Source of the DNA: a virus
Taxonomy: Duplodnaviria; Caudoviricetes
IMG/VR virus record: IMGVR_UViG_3300032138_000009
Location: 1-64,000 of that record
Reading direction: 5' to 3' (one strand)
Length of the DNA: 64,000 nucleotides
The notes under the pieces are model-generated. The model had not been told where the DNA came from, did not search any database, and was given only the letters and a program-made list of their open reading frames with translations. A program made the position numbers and the translations under genes. Of this stretch, positions 7,552 to 17,841 are shown piece after piece (position 1 is the first letter of the stretch; the number at the start of each line of letters is the position of its first letter).

Positions 7552-7944
7552 ATGGCAACAGAAATATTACTGAATGACGGTGGTGCACCAGCACGTATCC
7601 TTCCATTTGTAGCAGGTGAAGACGTCACCGCTGGTAATGCTTTAACAGTAAATACTAGTGGCGAAGTCGTAAATGCTAACAGTGGAGACTCTACAAATAA
7701 ATTTGCAGCAGTCGGATATGCGCTAACAACCATTACGTCAGGCAACATAGCCAGTGTTATCACTGGACACGGTGTTGTTCTAAACGTAAATTGTGCAGAT
7801 GTAAATGCTGGCATAGCAATGATGATGGGGACCACAGATGGTCGTCTTCTAACTGCAACAGCAGCAGCAGCTGGACCTATTGCGCAAGCAACTACGTTAG
7901 AGAACAACAGTGCAGCTGGGCTCACTAAGGTGATAACCCACTAG
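7552..7944 (+). CDS. Capsid decoration/cement protein
   Basis: 130 aa Gly/Ala/Thr-rich beta protein between scaffold and MCP; AGEDVTAG...VGYA pattern. Confidence 0.65.
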   Translation: MATEILLNDGGAPARILPFVAGEDVTAGNALTVNTSGEVVNANSGDSTNKFAAVGYALTTITSGNIASVITGHGVVLNVNCADVNAGIAMMMGTTDGRLLTATAAAAGPIAQATTLENNSAAGLTKVITH

Positions 7945-7955
7945 GTAGGTAAATT

Positions 7956-9044
7956 ATGGTCGCATTATCAGATAATACAGCACCCGGTCTACTTACTTCC
8001 CTTAACACAGGAGCTTACGCAGCTACCGGTGGAACAGGGGAACGTGTTCTCATAGATTATAAGGACGCAATCAAAGATTATAAGGTCACAGACCTTGCAG
8101 CTTTGAGTATGTTCGCAGAACCTATGACCACAGAGACTGGCGGTGATATTGATATCACATTCGCAAAACCCTCAATGGGTATGGAAGAAATCAACGAAGG
8201 AAACACTCCTAAGTATCAACACACTAACTTACGCTCCGAGAGAGTGTCTGTTGGCGAGTGGGGACTTGCAGTAGGTGTAACCCGTCGTATGATAGAAGAT
8301 TCGAGATTTAACGAAGTAGAGATGGCTTTAAATGAAGCACGCAGGGCGGTAGACCGTCATGTTACAAAACACACTATTTATGCTTTGCTAGGTATCCTTG
8401 ATGCTGGTTTTGGAACCGGTGTTGACGGAGCAAGCATAGTATCAGGAACAACTGAGGCTAATATTGTAGACTTTAGCGATAATGTCTATGGTGGATTCCT
8501 TGGAAAAGGTTCTGAAATTAATGTGGGACGTAACTATTCATATGGTCTTACAGCATCTGGCACGCTTCAAACAGGTCACTATGTAACTGCAACATCATCA
8601 ACAGCTGGTGATATTGCATTGAGTGACTTAACTGACGCTATGGAACTTATTGGTGGACACGGCTTTACAGCTAACACATTAATGATTTCCCCAGCACACT
8701 ACAAAAGTTTATTGAATTTAGCAGACTTTACTACAGCAATAAGTTCAACGGCAAATGAGTCGTTCCCTTATGTTGTAGAAGAAACTGCTCCATTCAAGAA
8801 TACTCTTGGAAGTGGTCTTGTAGGCAGCATCTATGGATTAAACATTGTTACAAACGCATGGTGTCCTAGCGATAGGGTTTTCATGTGGGACAACTCTGTT
8901 AAACCAATGAGTTATGTCGAGAGAAGGCCATTGACTGTAGAAGAAGCAAATCCGGGATTCGGAATTGTTGGTTCTTATATGTCGATGAGATACGGATTGA
9001 AGATTACAAGTCCAATGTCCGGTGTAGTTATTATAAACGCTTAG
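7956..9044 (+). CDS. Major capsid protein (HK97 fold)
   Basis: 362 aa in head operon; EINEG, VSVGEWG, LMISPAHY, VGSIYGLNIVTN patterns. Confidence 0.9.
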   Translation: MVALSDNTAPGLLTSLNTGAYAATGGTGERVLIDYKDAIKDYKVTDLAALSMFAEPMTTETGGDIDITFAKPSMGMEEINEGNTPKYQHTNLRSERVSVGEWGLAVGVTRRMIEDSRFNEVEMALNEARRAVDRHVTKHTIYALLGILDAGFGTGVDGASIVSGTTEANIVDFSDNVYGGFLGKGSEINVGRNYSYGLTASGTLQTGHYVTATSSTAGDIALSDLTDAMELIGGHGFTANTLMISPAHYKSLLNLADFTTAISSTANESFPYVVEETAPFKNTLGSGLVGSIYGLNIVTNAWCPSDRVFMWDNSVKPMSYVERRPLTVEEANPGFGIVGSYMSMRYGLKITSPMSGVVIINA

Positions 9045-9059
9045 TTCGTTTATTTAACA

Positions 9060-9103
9060 AGGGCTCAGGGAGTGGGCCCTAATCACTCCCACTTTATTAT
9101 TTT
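9060..9103 (+). terminator. GC-rich hairpin/possible H-type pseudoknot plus T-rich tail after MCP
   Basis: GGGAGTG(9068-74)/CACTCCC(9084-90) and AGGGCTC(9060-66)/GGGCCCT(9074-80), then TTTATTATTTT. Confidence 0.55.
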
Positions 9104-9111
9104 AAGGAGTC

Positions 9112-12100
9112 GTGAGAAGGTTGGCATTACCAAATACAAACACTAGAATACCGGGTACATGGCGCTCCGATGCTACGGGGGCCTTCCCTCGTCTATCTAC
9201 TCATGGGAGTGTAATTGGTGGTAATGTTAGAGGAGCACCTGTAGAACTTACCGCAGGAACTTCTGGATATGCTTTAGTAGCAGATGATACAACTGAATCT
9301 GGTCTAGCATGGGCATCTTTTGCGGGTTCTAATTATTATGTTTCTTCTATAGCTTTTAATACATCTACTGGAGTATTAACTCTAGGTAGGTCTGGGTTAG
9401 GAGATTTAACTCAAGACTTAGATGGTCGTTATTCTACCCTATCTTCTCCATTAACAACCAAAGGAGATATATGGGTTTATGGAAGTGCAAACACTCGACT
9501 ACCTGTAGGTACAGATAGTTATGCTTTAGTAGCAGACAGTAGTACAGCTACTGGTTTAAACTGGGCAGCTAATTCCGATGCTAATTATTATACAACTTCT
9601 GCTTCATTAAGCGCTGGTACTCTTACAGGAGTTATTGCTGGCGGTGGTTCTAATTGGACTGCTGACATAAGCGCTGTAGCTACTGGTTCTATTACATCTT
9701 CTACTCAATACTATAATACTTTTTATAATGCTGCTACTGGTCTGGTTGGTAGTAGTCGTCTACAAACAGATGGCTCTAATAATATAATACTTAGTGGAGC
9801 TAGTAATATAGCTAAGACTGCGGCAGATTTCCAGTCAACTCTAGGGGTAAGTGGAACTTTAACGGTTAGTGGAGCTACCAATATTATAGATACACTTAAT
9901 GTAACAGGAAATACAATAATAGAAGGTACTTCCTTATTATCAGGTAATACAACCATAACAGGTTCATTAGCTGGTACAACTAGTGCCAATTTTGGTACTA
10001 CATTAACAGCAACGGGAGCTACTACAATGTTGGGAGGAGGTACTGCCTCTGGTAATTTATACGTCAAGACAGGTAGTAGGAACCAGATGCATATGGACCC
10101 TACCTTAGAAGCTGCTAAAATGGTTATTAGAGATTCAGGTGGTACAGCAGATATATCTGAGTTTATGTATTATCCTAGATTATCTTTAGAACAGGATGCT
10201 ACAGACCCTACTGGCCCTGCGGCCAATGCGGGATATCCATCTATATACTTTTTAAAATATGGACCATCTGGTGTATCTAGTCCTGTAGGAGGAGACCCAG
10301 TAGGATGGAGACAGGTAGCTTCAGGAGCAGCTGGAGCATCTACCGCCCCTCAGTATATGGTGTGGGAATATAGTACTGATATGGATGGGGCTAATTTTTC
10401 TGAGAAGTTAAAATTAAAGAATGATGGTACATTAACAACCACAACTTTTGCTGGCGCATTATTAGGTACTATAGATAGTACTACTACAGCAACAACACAA
10501 TCTGCAAGCGATAACTCTACTAAGGTAGCGACGACAGCTTATGCTGATGCAGCCGCCGCAGGTGGGGGAGGAACAATTGGTGGTTCTATCACTGACAACC
10601 AAGTAGCCTTTGGAGCTTCTACAGCAAACAGTATAGAAGGGTCGGCCAGCTTTACGTGGGATGGGGCCAATTTTAATATTACTGGTAGTAGTCCTAAAAT
10701 TATAGTAGATGGTGGTGGAAGCGATGATGCTTCTATCGAACTGAGAGAATCTTCTCAATATGGAGGTAGAATGTATTACGATGGTGATTCTGGTACCTTT
10801 ATGAAGTTTACTACAATAGATGGTGGAACTGAGAAGATAAGAATAGCTTATGATAGATATGGTGCTGTATTTTTAGGAAGCGCTCCTACTGTAGATGCTA
10901 GTAGTACTCCTACAATGTATTTAACATCAGGCGGTGACGTGGGTATAGGTACAGAAGCACCTTCAAAGAAATTAGATGTTCGTGGTGGTGCTACTTTTTC
11001 AGGTAGTATATATGCTTCTGGAAGTGACCTTGGTGGATATATATCAAGAACGGATACTAACGAAATGGCAATTTATGCCGGAGATGGCACTAAAGGTATT
11101 CACCTCGCACCCTCTATTAACTATTTGACTGCGCCTTCAACTAGATGGCAAGTTCAATCTGATTTTAGAGTTAATAGTACTAAACAATTACAGTTCGGAG
11201 ATGACGAACATTATATTTATAGTGATGGTACTGATTTAATATTAAAAACTGTCACAACAGCTACTAATGGTATAATACTAGATGCTAAAGTAGATACCAC
11301 CTTTAAGATAGATGGTACAACTAAAATGACTTTAGATGCTGATGGACAATTAGGTATAGGTACAACTACCCCTAGCTTCCCTTTACATTTATATGGAGCT
11401 GCAACACAAGAAGCAAGAATACAGTCTACTGATAGTGGTGCGTATTCAAGACTTCAATTAAAATCCCATGATGCAGGATATGGTCAACTTCTTTTTGGAG
11501 ATAGTGCAGCAGATGGCGCAGGAGCATTAAATTATACACATTCATCTGACACTCTAGATATTAGCGCAGCTAACGCTGTTCAATTATCTATAACAGATAA
11601 TTTAATTACACTAGGTGATGGCGTAGTATTAGCACCACACTCAAGTGATAACTTTACAATTGACTCTCCTAACGGTATAGTTTTAGATGGTACATCAGCA
11701 ACTAACGGTGTACAGTATCACGATGGTGGTACAGAGTTATTGAGGATTCAGAACTCAAGTAGTAATCCTATTATTAGGACTATGCAAGATTCTAAAGATT
11801 TAATTTTTCAACAGTTTGATGCAACTGAAGTAATGCGTATAACTGATAATGCAAGAGTAGGTATAGGCACAACTGCACCAAACGCTAAGTTAGAGATTCT
11901 TTCTACCACAGAACAACTAAGATTATCCTATGATGGTTCTTATGAATCTAAATTTACAGTGGACAGTGCTGGTGTTATGACTTGGACCAGTGACAGTACT
12001 CACTTTTATAAACCGGGTAATGGTCTGAATTATTTCAATGGGGGCTCAGGAGAAAATAGATTATATGTTTTCGATAACAACGATTCAGCTTATGCTACTT

Positions 12101-15100
12101 ATAGTGGAAAATATCTTACCCTTAGAGATGGTAGTGCAAATCAAGATGTATATCTAAATGCAGAAGGTGCTTCTTATTTTGTTCATAGAGTTGCTTTTGG
12201 AGGTACAGTTCCATTATCAGACATTGGGATAACCGTTTGGCAAGGGATGTCTCTTAAAGAACAAGGCTCTGCTACGGCTGACACTGCTGATTACGGACAA
12301 TTCTGGGTTAAGAATGACACCCCGAACAAACCATACTTCACCGATGACGCTGGTACAGATTTCGATTTAACTGCAACAGGGACTGCGGCTACGCCCGGTG
12401 GTTCTGATACTCAAATTCAATTCAATAATGCAGGTGCCTTTGGTGGAGTATCCGGATTTACCACGACAGACGACGGTTCGGATATAGTTCTAACAAGTGC
12501 TACAGCATCTAAACCAACATTTACTATAACTAATACAAATGCAGATGCTAATTCGTCCTTTTTAATATTTAATAAAAATACCGCAAGTCCTGCGGTTGGA
12601 GACAATCTAGGTTATATTAGATTTGATGGTAAAGATAGTGCAGGAGGTAGTCCTACCTATGCTGATATATTCGCTCAATCTACCAATGTAACAAATCTTT
12701 CTGAAGAAGGAGCTATAAGATTCCGAACTTCTACTGGTGGAAGCATGGCAGACTTAATGATTCTATCAGGAGCTAATGTAGGTATAGGCGTAACTTCACC
12801 CGATGCAAAATTACACATTGATGCACTATCAGAAGGTCAGGGACTTATTGTTGATAGTGATTATTCTACTGGCGACCAAATAAGGGTTCTCAAAGATGGT
12901 TCCACTAGTAAAATGGGGAAGGTAACATTTGATGGAACTAATATGGTTGTGGGTGCTTGGGGTGGAAGTACAGGTATTAGGTTTTGGAATAATGCAGAAG
13001 GAATGCGTCTTACTGGTAGCAACTTAGGTATAGGCACAACTGCACCCGCTCATAGATTAGATGTAGTAGGAACAACTCAACTCTCAGGTAATTCAACTAT
13101 AAGAGGTACACTAGCTATTGAACATACTAATTCTCAAGGTAATCATATCTATACAGACAGTGATGGAAATTTAGTATTGGGTGGCCAAAGTACTGCGGGT
13201 ACTGATGACTATGTTTGGTTAGGTGATGATGATGGTAATGTAGGTATAGGTGTATCTGGTACTTCATATAAACTAGACGTAGTAGGAACGACCCAACTAT
13301 CAGGCAATGCTGTTATAACGGGTACGCTTGGTGTTACAGGTATAGCTACTCTAGCTGATGCTTCTGTTTTAGCTTCGAGCGCTGCTCCAACAGCAGATGC
13401 TCAGATAGCTAATAAGAAATACGTGGACGATAGTATCTCTACAGAAACGCCCGGCGGCTCTGATACTCAAATGCAATATAATAACGGAGGAGCTTTCGGT
13501 GGGGCTTCATCTGTGGTATATGATGATGGTGGTGGACATTTAAAACTAACTGGAACTAGTCAACTACAGTTCAGTGGAAGTAGTCATTATATTTACCAGA
13601 ATGGTGATGATATTAATATTGTGAATAGTGCTGCTAATGGAGAAATACGCTCTGATGCTGAAGTACGTCATCGGTGGTATATAAATGGAAGCCAAATGCT
13701 TCAAGTAGATGATTCAGGAGATATGATTTGGATGAATGCTGGGTCAGAGAAAGGAAGGTTTGATGTCTCTGCTGGTAGGTTAGGCATAGGCACAGCTGCA
13801 CCTAATCATGCACTAGAAGTAGCAGGGACTATCAGAATTGATAATGGAACTACAGATAATGAGTTACAATTCGACGGTGCTGAAACTGTACTAGAACAAT
13901 CAGGAAGTGCTATATTTAAACAGCGTACATGGGATGGAAGCGGTTATTATGTTCCTATACTTTGGACAGGAACAGCTGCTACTCAAAATATAAAATTACA
14001 TGGGGGTATGACAACTTTATCTGGAACCCAGATGGAACAAAGTGGTTCCTTTATATTAACTAATGGAGCAATCACATCAAACCCCGGCACTAACCACTTA
14101 TGGGCATCTGGTTCAACATTATTCTGGGGTGGCGCACAAATTGGTACAACTACGCCCGGTGCTGGAGCTATTCAAGGTACAGCCACAGCAGGAGAAGTTG
14201 CTTATGGTGATGGAAGTAACTCTATTACAAGTACCTCGAATTTTACGTTTACAGATGATAGTGGCATGACTATTACTAGCGCTACAGCTAGCAAACCAGT
14301 TTTAATGCTTAAAAATACAAATGCTGATGCTAATGCAGCAGAATTACAATTCTATAAGAGTACCACAGATGAAGCTGTTAATGATTATGCGGGTAAGTTG
14401 TCTTTCTATTTCGATAATGATGCCGCTCAGAAAACATTAGGGGCTAAGATTTATTCTACTGCTCAATCTGTTACTGATGGTGCAGAAGGTGGGTATCTTT
14501 ATTTTTCAACTATGAAAGCTGGTACAGAAACTATTACCATGACTATGAAATCAGGGAATATTGGCTTTGGAGAGTCATCTCCGGGGTATCAATATTCTTT
14601 CAGTGACCGAGCTACCTCAGACACTAATATTCTGATTGAAGGTAATGATGCAAATTGGTTATGGCAAAATAAAACAGATGGGTCTCTTCTTTGGAAACAA
14701 AACACAGATGGTGTTTCAGCAATGACATTAACATCTGGTGGTAATCTAGGTATAGGCACAACTTCACCTACTGCTGAATTAGATGTAAGGGGTTCAAGTT
14801 CTGCTGGAATGGCAGCCTTTGTTTCAGGTACAGGAAACGGTACCTACCCAGTAATGCATGTAGTAGATTCAGCTGATACCGAAGTTGCTTGGTTTGAAGG
14901 TAATAGGGCAGGAGACACGGGTGCTTATATAGGCGTTAGACACTGGCCCACATCTGCTACTGAGAATGCAAGGTCAGGAATAAAATTCCAAAGTAAAGAC
15001 GATGGTGGAGCACTAACTAATTATGCCACACTACAAATGCGTGTTGATGATTATACTGGTGGTACTGAGGACGGTAAACTTAAAGTCCTTGTTATGGCTG

Positions 15101-17841
15101 ATGGCACTGAAACAGAGTCAGTAAACTTTTCTAAGAATGGAATTATAATAGATGAATATACGCGTCTACAACGTAATACTTCTACTAATGGTTTATATGT
15201 AACAGATTCTGGAGGAAACCCTGTTCCACTTGCTTTGGCTTCAGGTGGAGCACTTCTTTTAGATAATACAACTGCTAATAGAATGTATAGAACATCAGGC
15301 AAGCTCCAGATAGATACTACAGAAACATTAAAGGTTGGTGGAGCTTTAGAAACAACAGGTAAAGCAGTAATCGGGGCTGCAACAATGCCTACTAATAATG
15401 GCATCCGAATCAATGATACTGTAGAGTTGCCTCAACAAGCTGGAGACCCTACTAACGTGGCTAGTGCTGGAATATTTTGGGTTAAAAGTACTTCCCCAAC
15501 CACACCATGGTTTACAGCTAGTGATGGGACAGATACGGATTTGACAGCGGGCGAAGCAAACGTTTTCACTGGAGGAGTTACTGACACATACATCCCTATA
15601 GCTACAGCAACAGACGTGTTGGGTGATTTCTTACCTGCCTATGTGGACTTAACTACAGACAAGAACGTATTTTTAGGAATAGTTCCCGCCAGTCTTACTG
15701 CTTCTGCGGATTACAACACCGCTTTCGGTTATCTTGCTTTGGAAAACCTTACAGATGGTTCTAATAATACAGCACTAGGGATGAATGCTGGTAATGACCT
15801 CACTCAGGGCTATGCCAATGTTTTCGTTGGTTATGGTTCTGGAGGATGGAAAACTACCGAAGCTAGAAACACTGCCGTGGGATATGCAGCGGGCCCTACT
15901 GCTGGTGGAGGAGACAATGTTAATGTAGGGGTATATGCGGGCTATTCGCATACTGGTAATTATTGTGTTATCATAGGTTCTGATGCAGCATATAATACTA
16001 CAGGTGTAGACAGTTCTGTTATCATAGGAAGACAGGCATGGGGGACTGGTGTTGGAACTGGAGATGACAATGTAGTGATAGGTTCTTTAGCAGGGCAAGA
16101 TTTAACAAGCGCTGCACAGACCGTCTTAATAGGTTCTAATGCTGGGTCCAACTTAACAACCGGCACTTACAATACAGTTATGGGATATGATGCTTTAAAA
16201 GCATCAGTGGGAGGTACCTATAATGTAGCCCTCGGATGGATGGCTATGCGCTATCATGCTGAAGCTGCGTCCGGATATAATGTATCTGTGGGCTCTAAGT
16301 CTATGTATAATATTGCTACCGGAACTGCTAATGTAGTTCTGGGTGATTCGGCCATGTATGGTAAAGGGGGTACTCTTAATGAAGCTAATGTTGCTATTGG
16401 TGCATCTGCACTTTACACAGCGTCGGGTACTTCAAACAATGTAGCTGTAGGACATTATTCCATGAACGCCGCTACAACAGGAGTAAAAAATGTAGCAGTA
16501 GGAGCTACAACATTAGATGCTCTAACAACCGCAAGCGGTAATACAGCTGTGGGATATAATGCTTTAACTACTTCTACAACAGCACACGAGAATACAGCTG
16601 TAGGACAAGATGCAGGTAAGGTACTCACTGGACAATACAATGTTATTATGGGTAGTTCAACTGCACCAGCAGCTACTAGTATGAATAATGCGGTGGTTAT
16701 AGGAAGACAAGCTATGGGAGGAGGAGCTGCATCTGGTGATGGCAGCGTTACAATTGGATTTCAAGCTAATTATAGTAATGTATCTACTGAAGGTAATACT
16801 GTTATTATAGGTTATCAAGCAGGTTATACTAATGGTGATGCTACTACTAGCTTAGGTGGTAGAGATAATGTACTTATAGGATATAAGTCAGGATATAATC
16901 TAAGTTATTCTGCACGTAATGTAGCAGTCGGATATAATACATTAACTAATGCAGGTAATAATTCAGAACATAATGTAGCAATAGGATATACAGCATTAGG
17001 AGATGACGCTGGCACACTTGCAGGAGATAGTAATATTGCTATTGGAAGTGCTACGATGTATCGCTTATCTGGAGCTTCGAGTGAAAATATAAGTATAGGG
17101 GGTAGTTTTGCTAAGGATTCTGCTGGAACTGTAGGAGAATATAATATAAGTATTGGTTCGGAAACATTAACGGCTATGGCTGGTGCTTCAGCCTCACGAG
17201 GTAATATAGCTTTTGGTAAACAGACTTTGAACTCATTAACAACAGGTAACTACAATTTAGCCATAGGGAGAGGGGCTTTGACCGATTTAAATCAAGCTAC
17301 AACTAATCTACAATACAATATGGCTATAGGTCCATATGCAGGTCAACATTTACAAACTGGTTCTAACAATGTGTATGTAGGCCCATCTGCTGGACCTTCT
17401 GCTAGTACCTCTGAATCCAACAAACTTTATATTCATAATGCTGCTGGCACTCCACTTATCGGAGGAGACTTCTCGGCGGGCACCGTAACTATAGACGGTA
17501 CACTAAGCGCTACAGCGAAAAGCTTTAATATAGAGCATCCACTATATAAAGACAAGAGATTAGTGCATGGGTCTCTAGAGGGCCCTGAGCATGGTATATA
17601 CATCAGGGGCACTATAGAGGCAAAAGAATATGGTTGCGAAATAGAGCTTCCTGAGTACTGGGATGCTATGTGTGAGGATTACTCAGTACAACTCACGCCT
17701 CATGGACCTTACACTGTCTACATTAAAGAGAAGCAGAAGGATAAAGTCATGATAGCGTGTACAAATAAAGATTATAAATTTGATTATTATGTTGTTGGTT
17801 CAAGGACCGACGAAACATTAGAGGTGGTACAGGATGGTTAA
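9112..17841 (+). CDS. Giant fibre/adhesin protein 1 (2909 aa)
   Basis: Recurrent (V/L)GIGTTxP modules, about 14-aa NTAVG/NVAIG beta-roll repeats, C-terminal KSFNIEHP...EGPE domain; exact start uncertain. Confidence 0.85.
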   Translation: MRRLALPNTNTRIPGTWRSDATGAFPRLSTHGSVIGGNVRGAPVELTAGTSGYALVADDTTESGLAWASFAGSNYYVSSIAFNTSTGVLTLGRSGLGDLTQDLDGRYSTLSSPLTTKGDIWVYGSANTRLPVGTDSYALVADSSTATGLNWAANSDANYYTTSASLSAGTLTGVIAGGGSNWTADISAVATGSITSSTQYYNTFYNAATGLVGSSRLQTDGSNNIILSGASNIAKTAADFQSTLGVSGTLTVSGATNIIDTLNVTGNTIIEGTSLLSGNTTITGSLAGTTSANFGTTLTATGATTMLGGGTASGNLYVKTGSRNQMHMDPTLEAAKMVIRDSGGTADISEFMYYPRLSLEQDATDPTGPAANAGYPSIYFLKYGPSGVSSPVGGDPVGWRQVASGAAGASTAPQYMVWEYSTDMDGANFSEKLKLKNDGTLTTTTFAGALLGTIDSTTTATTQSASDNSTKVATTAYADAAAAGGGGTIGGSITDNQVAFGASTANSIEGSASFTWDGANFNITGSSPKIIVDGGGSDDASIELRESSQYGGRMYYDGDSGTFMKFTTIDGGTEKIRIAYDRYGAVFLGSAPTVDASSTPTMYLTSGGDVGIGTEAPSKKLDVRGGATFSGSIYASGSDLGGYISRTDTNEMAIYAGDGTKGIHLAPSINYLTAPSTRWQVQSDFRVNSTKQLQFGDDEHYIYSDGTDLILKTVTTATNGIILDAKVDTTFKIDGTTKMTLDADGQLGIGTTTPSFPLHLYGAATQEARIQSTDSGAYSRLQLKSHDAGYGQLLFGDSAADGAGALNYTHSSDTLDISAANAVQLSITDNLITLGDGVVLAPHSSDNFTIDSPNGIVLDGTSATNGVQYHDGGTELLRIQNSSSNPIIRTMQDSKDLIFQQFDATEVMRITDNARVGIGTTAPNAKLEILSTTEQLRLSYDGSYESKFTVDSAGVMTWTSDSTHFYKPGNGLNYFNGGSGENRLYVFDNNDSAYATYSGKYLTLRDGSANQDVYLNAEGASYFVHRVAFGGTVPLSDIGITVWQGMSLKEQGSATADTADYGQFWVKNDTPNKPYFTDDAGTDFDLTATGTAATPGGSDTQIQFNNAGAFGGVSGFTTTDDGSDIVLTSATASKPTFTITNTNADANSSFLIFNKNTASPAVGDNLGYIRFDGKDSAGGSPTYADIFAQSTNVTNLSEEGAIRFRTSTGGSMADLMILSGANVGIGVTSPDAKLHIDALSEGQGLIVDSDYSTGDQIRVLKDGSTSKMGKVTFDGTNMVVGAWGGSTGIRFWNNAEGMRLTGSNLGIGTTAPAHRLDVVGTTQLSGNSTIRGTLAIEHTNSQGNHIYTDSDGNLVLGGQSTAGTDDYVWLGDDDGNVGIGVSGTSYKLDVVGTTQLSGNAVITGTLGVTGIATLADASVLASSAAPTADAQIANKKYVDDSISTETPGGSDTQMQYNNGGAFGGASSVVYDDGGGHLKLTGTSQLQFSGSSHYIYQNGDDINIVNSAANGEIRSDAEVRHRWYINGSQMLQVDDSGDMIWMNAGSEKGRFDVSAGRLGIGTAAPNHALEVAGTIRIDNGTTDNELQFDGAETVLEQSGSAIFKQRTWDGSGYYVPILWTGTAATQNIKLHGGMTTLSGTQMEQSGSFILTNGAITSNPGTNHLWASGSTLFWGGAQIGTTTPGAGAIQGTATAGEVAYGDGSNSITSTSNFTFTDDSGMTITSATASKPVLMLKNTNADANAAELQFYKSTTDEAVNDYAGKLSFYFDNDAAQKTLGAKIYSTAQSVTDGAEGGYLYFSTMKAGTETITMTMKSGNIGFGESSPGYQYSFSDRATSDTNILIEGNDANWLWQNKTDGSLLWKQNTDGVSAMTLTSGGNLGIGTTSPTAELDVRGSSSAGMAAFVSGTGNGTYPVMHVVDSADTEVAWFEGNRAGDTGAYIGVRHWPTSATENARSGIKFQSKDDGGALTNYATLQMRVDDYTGGTEDGKLKVLVMADGTETESVNFSKNGIIIDEYTRLQRNTSTNGLYVTDSGGNPVPLALASGGALLLDNTTANRMYRTSGKLQIDTTETLKVGGALETTGKAVIGAATMPTNNGIRINDTVELPQQAGDPTNVASAGIFWVKSTSPTTPWFTASDGTDTDLTAGEANVFTGGVTDTYIPIATATDVLGDFLPAYVDLTTDKNVFLGIVPASLTASADYNTAFGYLALENLTDGSNNTALGMNAGNDLTQGYANVFVGYGSGGWKTTEARNTAVGYAAGPTAGGGDNVNVGVYAGYSHTGNYCVIIGSDAAYNTTGVDSSVIIGRQAWGTGVGTGDDNVVIGSLAGQDLTSAAQTVLIGSNAGSNLTTGTYNTVMGYDALKASVGGTYNVALGWMAMRYHAEAASGYNVSVGSKSMYNIATGTANVVLGDSAMYGKGGTLNEANVAIGASALYTASGTSNNVAVGHYSMNAATTGVKNVAVGATTLDALTTASGNTAVGYNALTTSTTAHENTAVGQDAGKVLTGQYNVIMGSSTAPAATSMNNAVVIGRQAMGGGAASGDGSVTIGFQANYSNVSTEGNTVIIGYQAGYTNGDATTSLGGRDNVLIGYKSGYNLSYSARNVAVGYNTLTNAGNNSEHNVAIGYTALGDDAGTLAGDSNIAIGSATMYRLSGASSENISIGGSFAKDSAGTVGEYNISIGSETLTAMAGASASRGNIAFGKQTLNSLTTGNYNLAIGRGALTDLNQATTNLQYNMAIGPYAGQHLQTGSNNVYVGPSAGPSASTSESNKLYIHNAAGTPLIGGDFSAGTVTIDGTLSATAKSFNIEHPLYKDKRLVHGSLEGPEHGIYIRGTIEAKEYGCEIELPEYWDAMCEDYSVQLTPHGPYTVYIKEKQKDKVMIACTNKDYKFDYYVVGSRTDETLEVVQDG

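Noticed and set aside
9042-9150. Stop-codon readthrough or frameshift fusing MCP to the giant fibre
   Set aside because: Fibre frame has TAA stops at about 9055 and 9103; readthrough in the MCP frame ends at another TAG after about 34 codons
17510-17841. Peptidase S74 autocleaving chaperone at fibre 1 C-terminus
   Set aside because: No SDxRxK Ser-Lys motif seen (TAKSF instead); relationship left open
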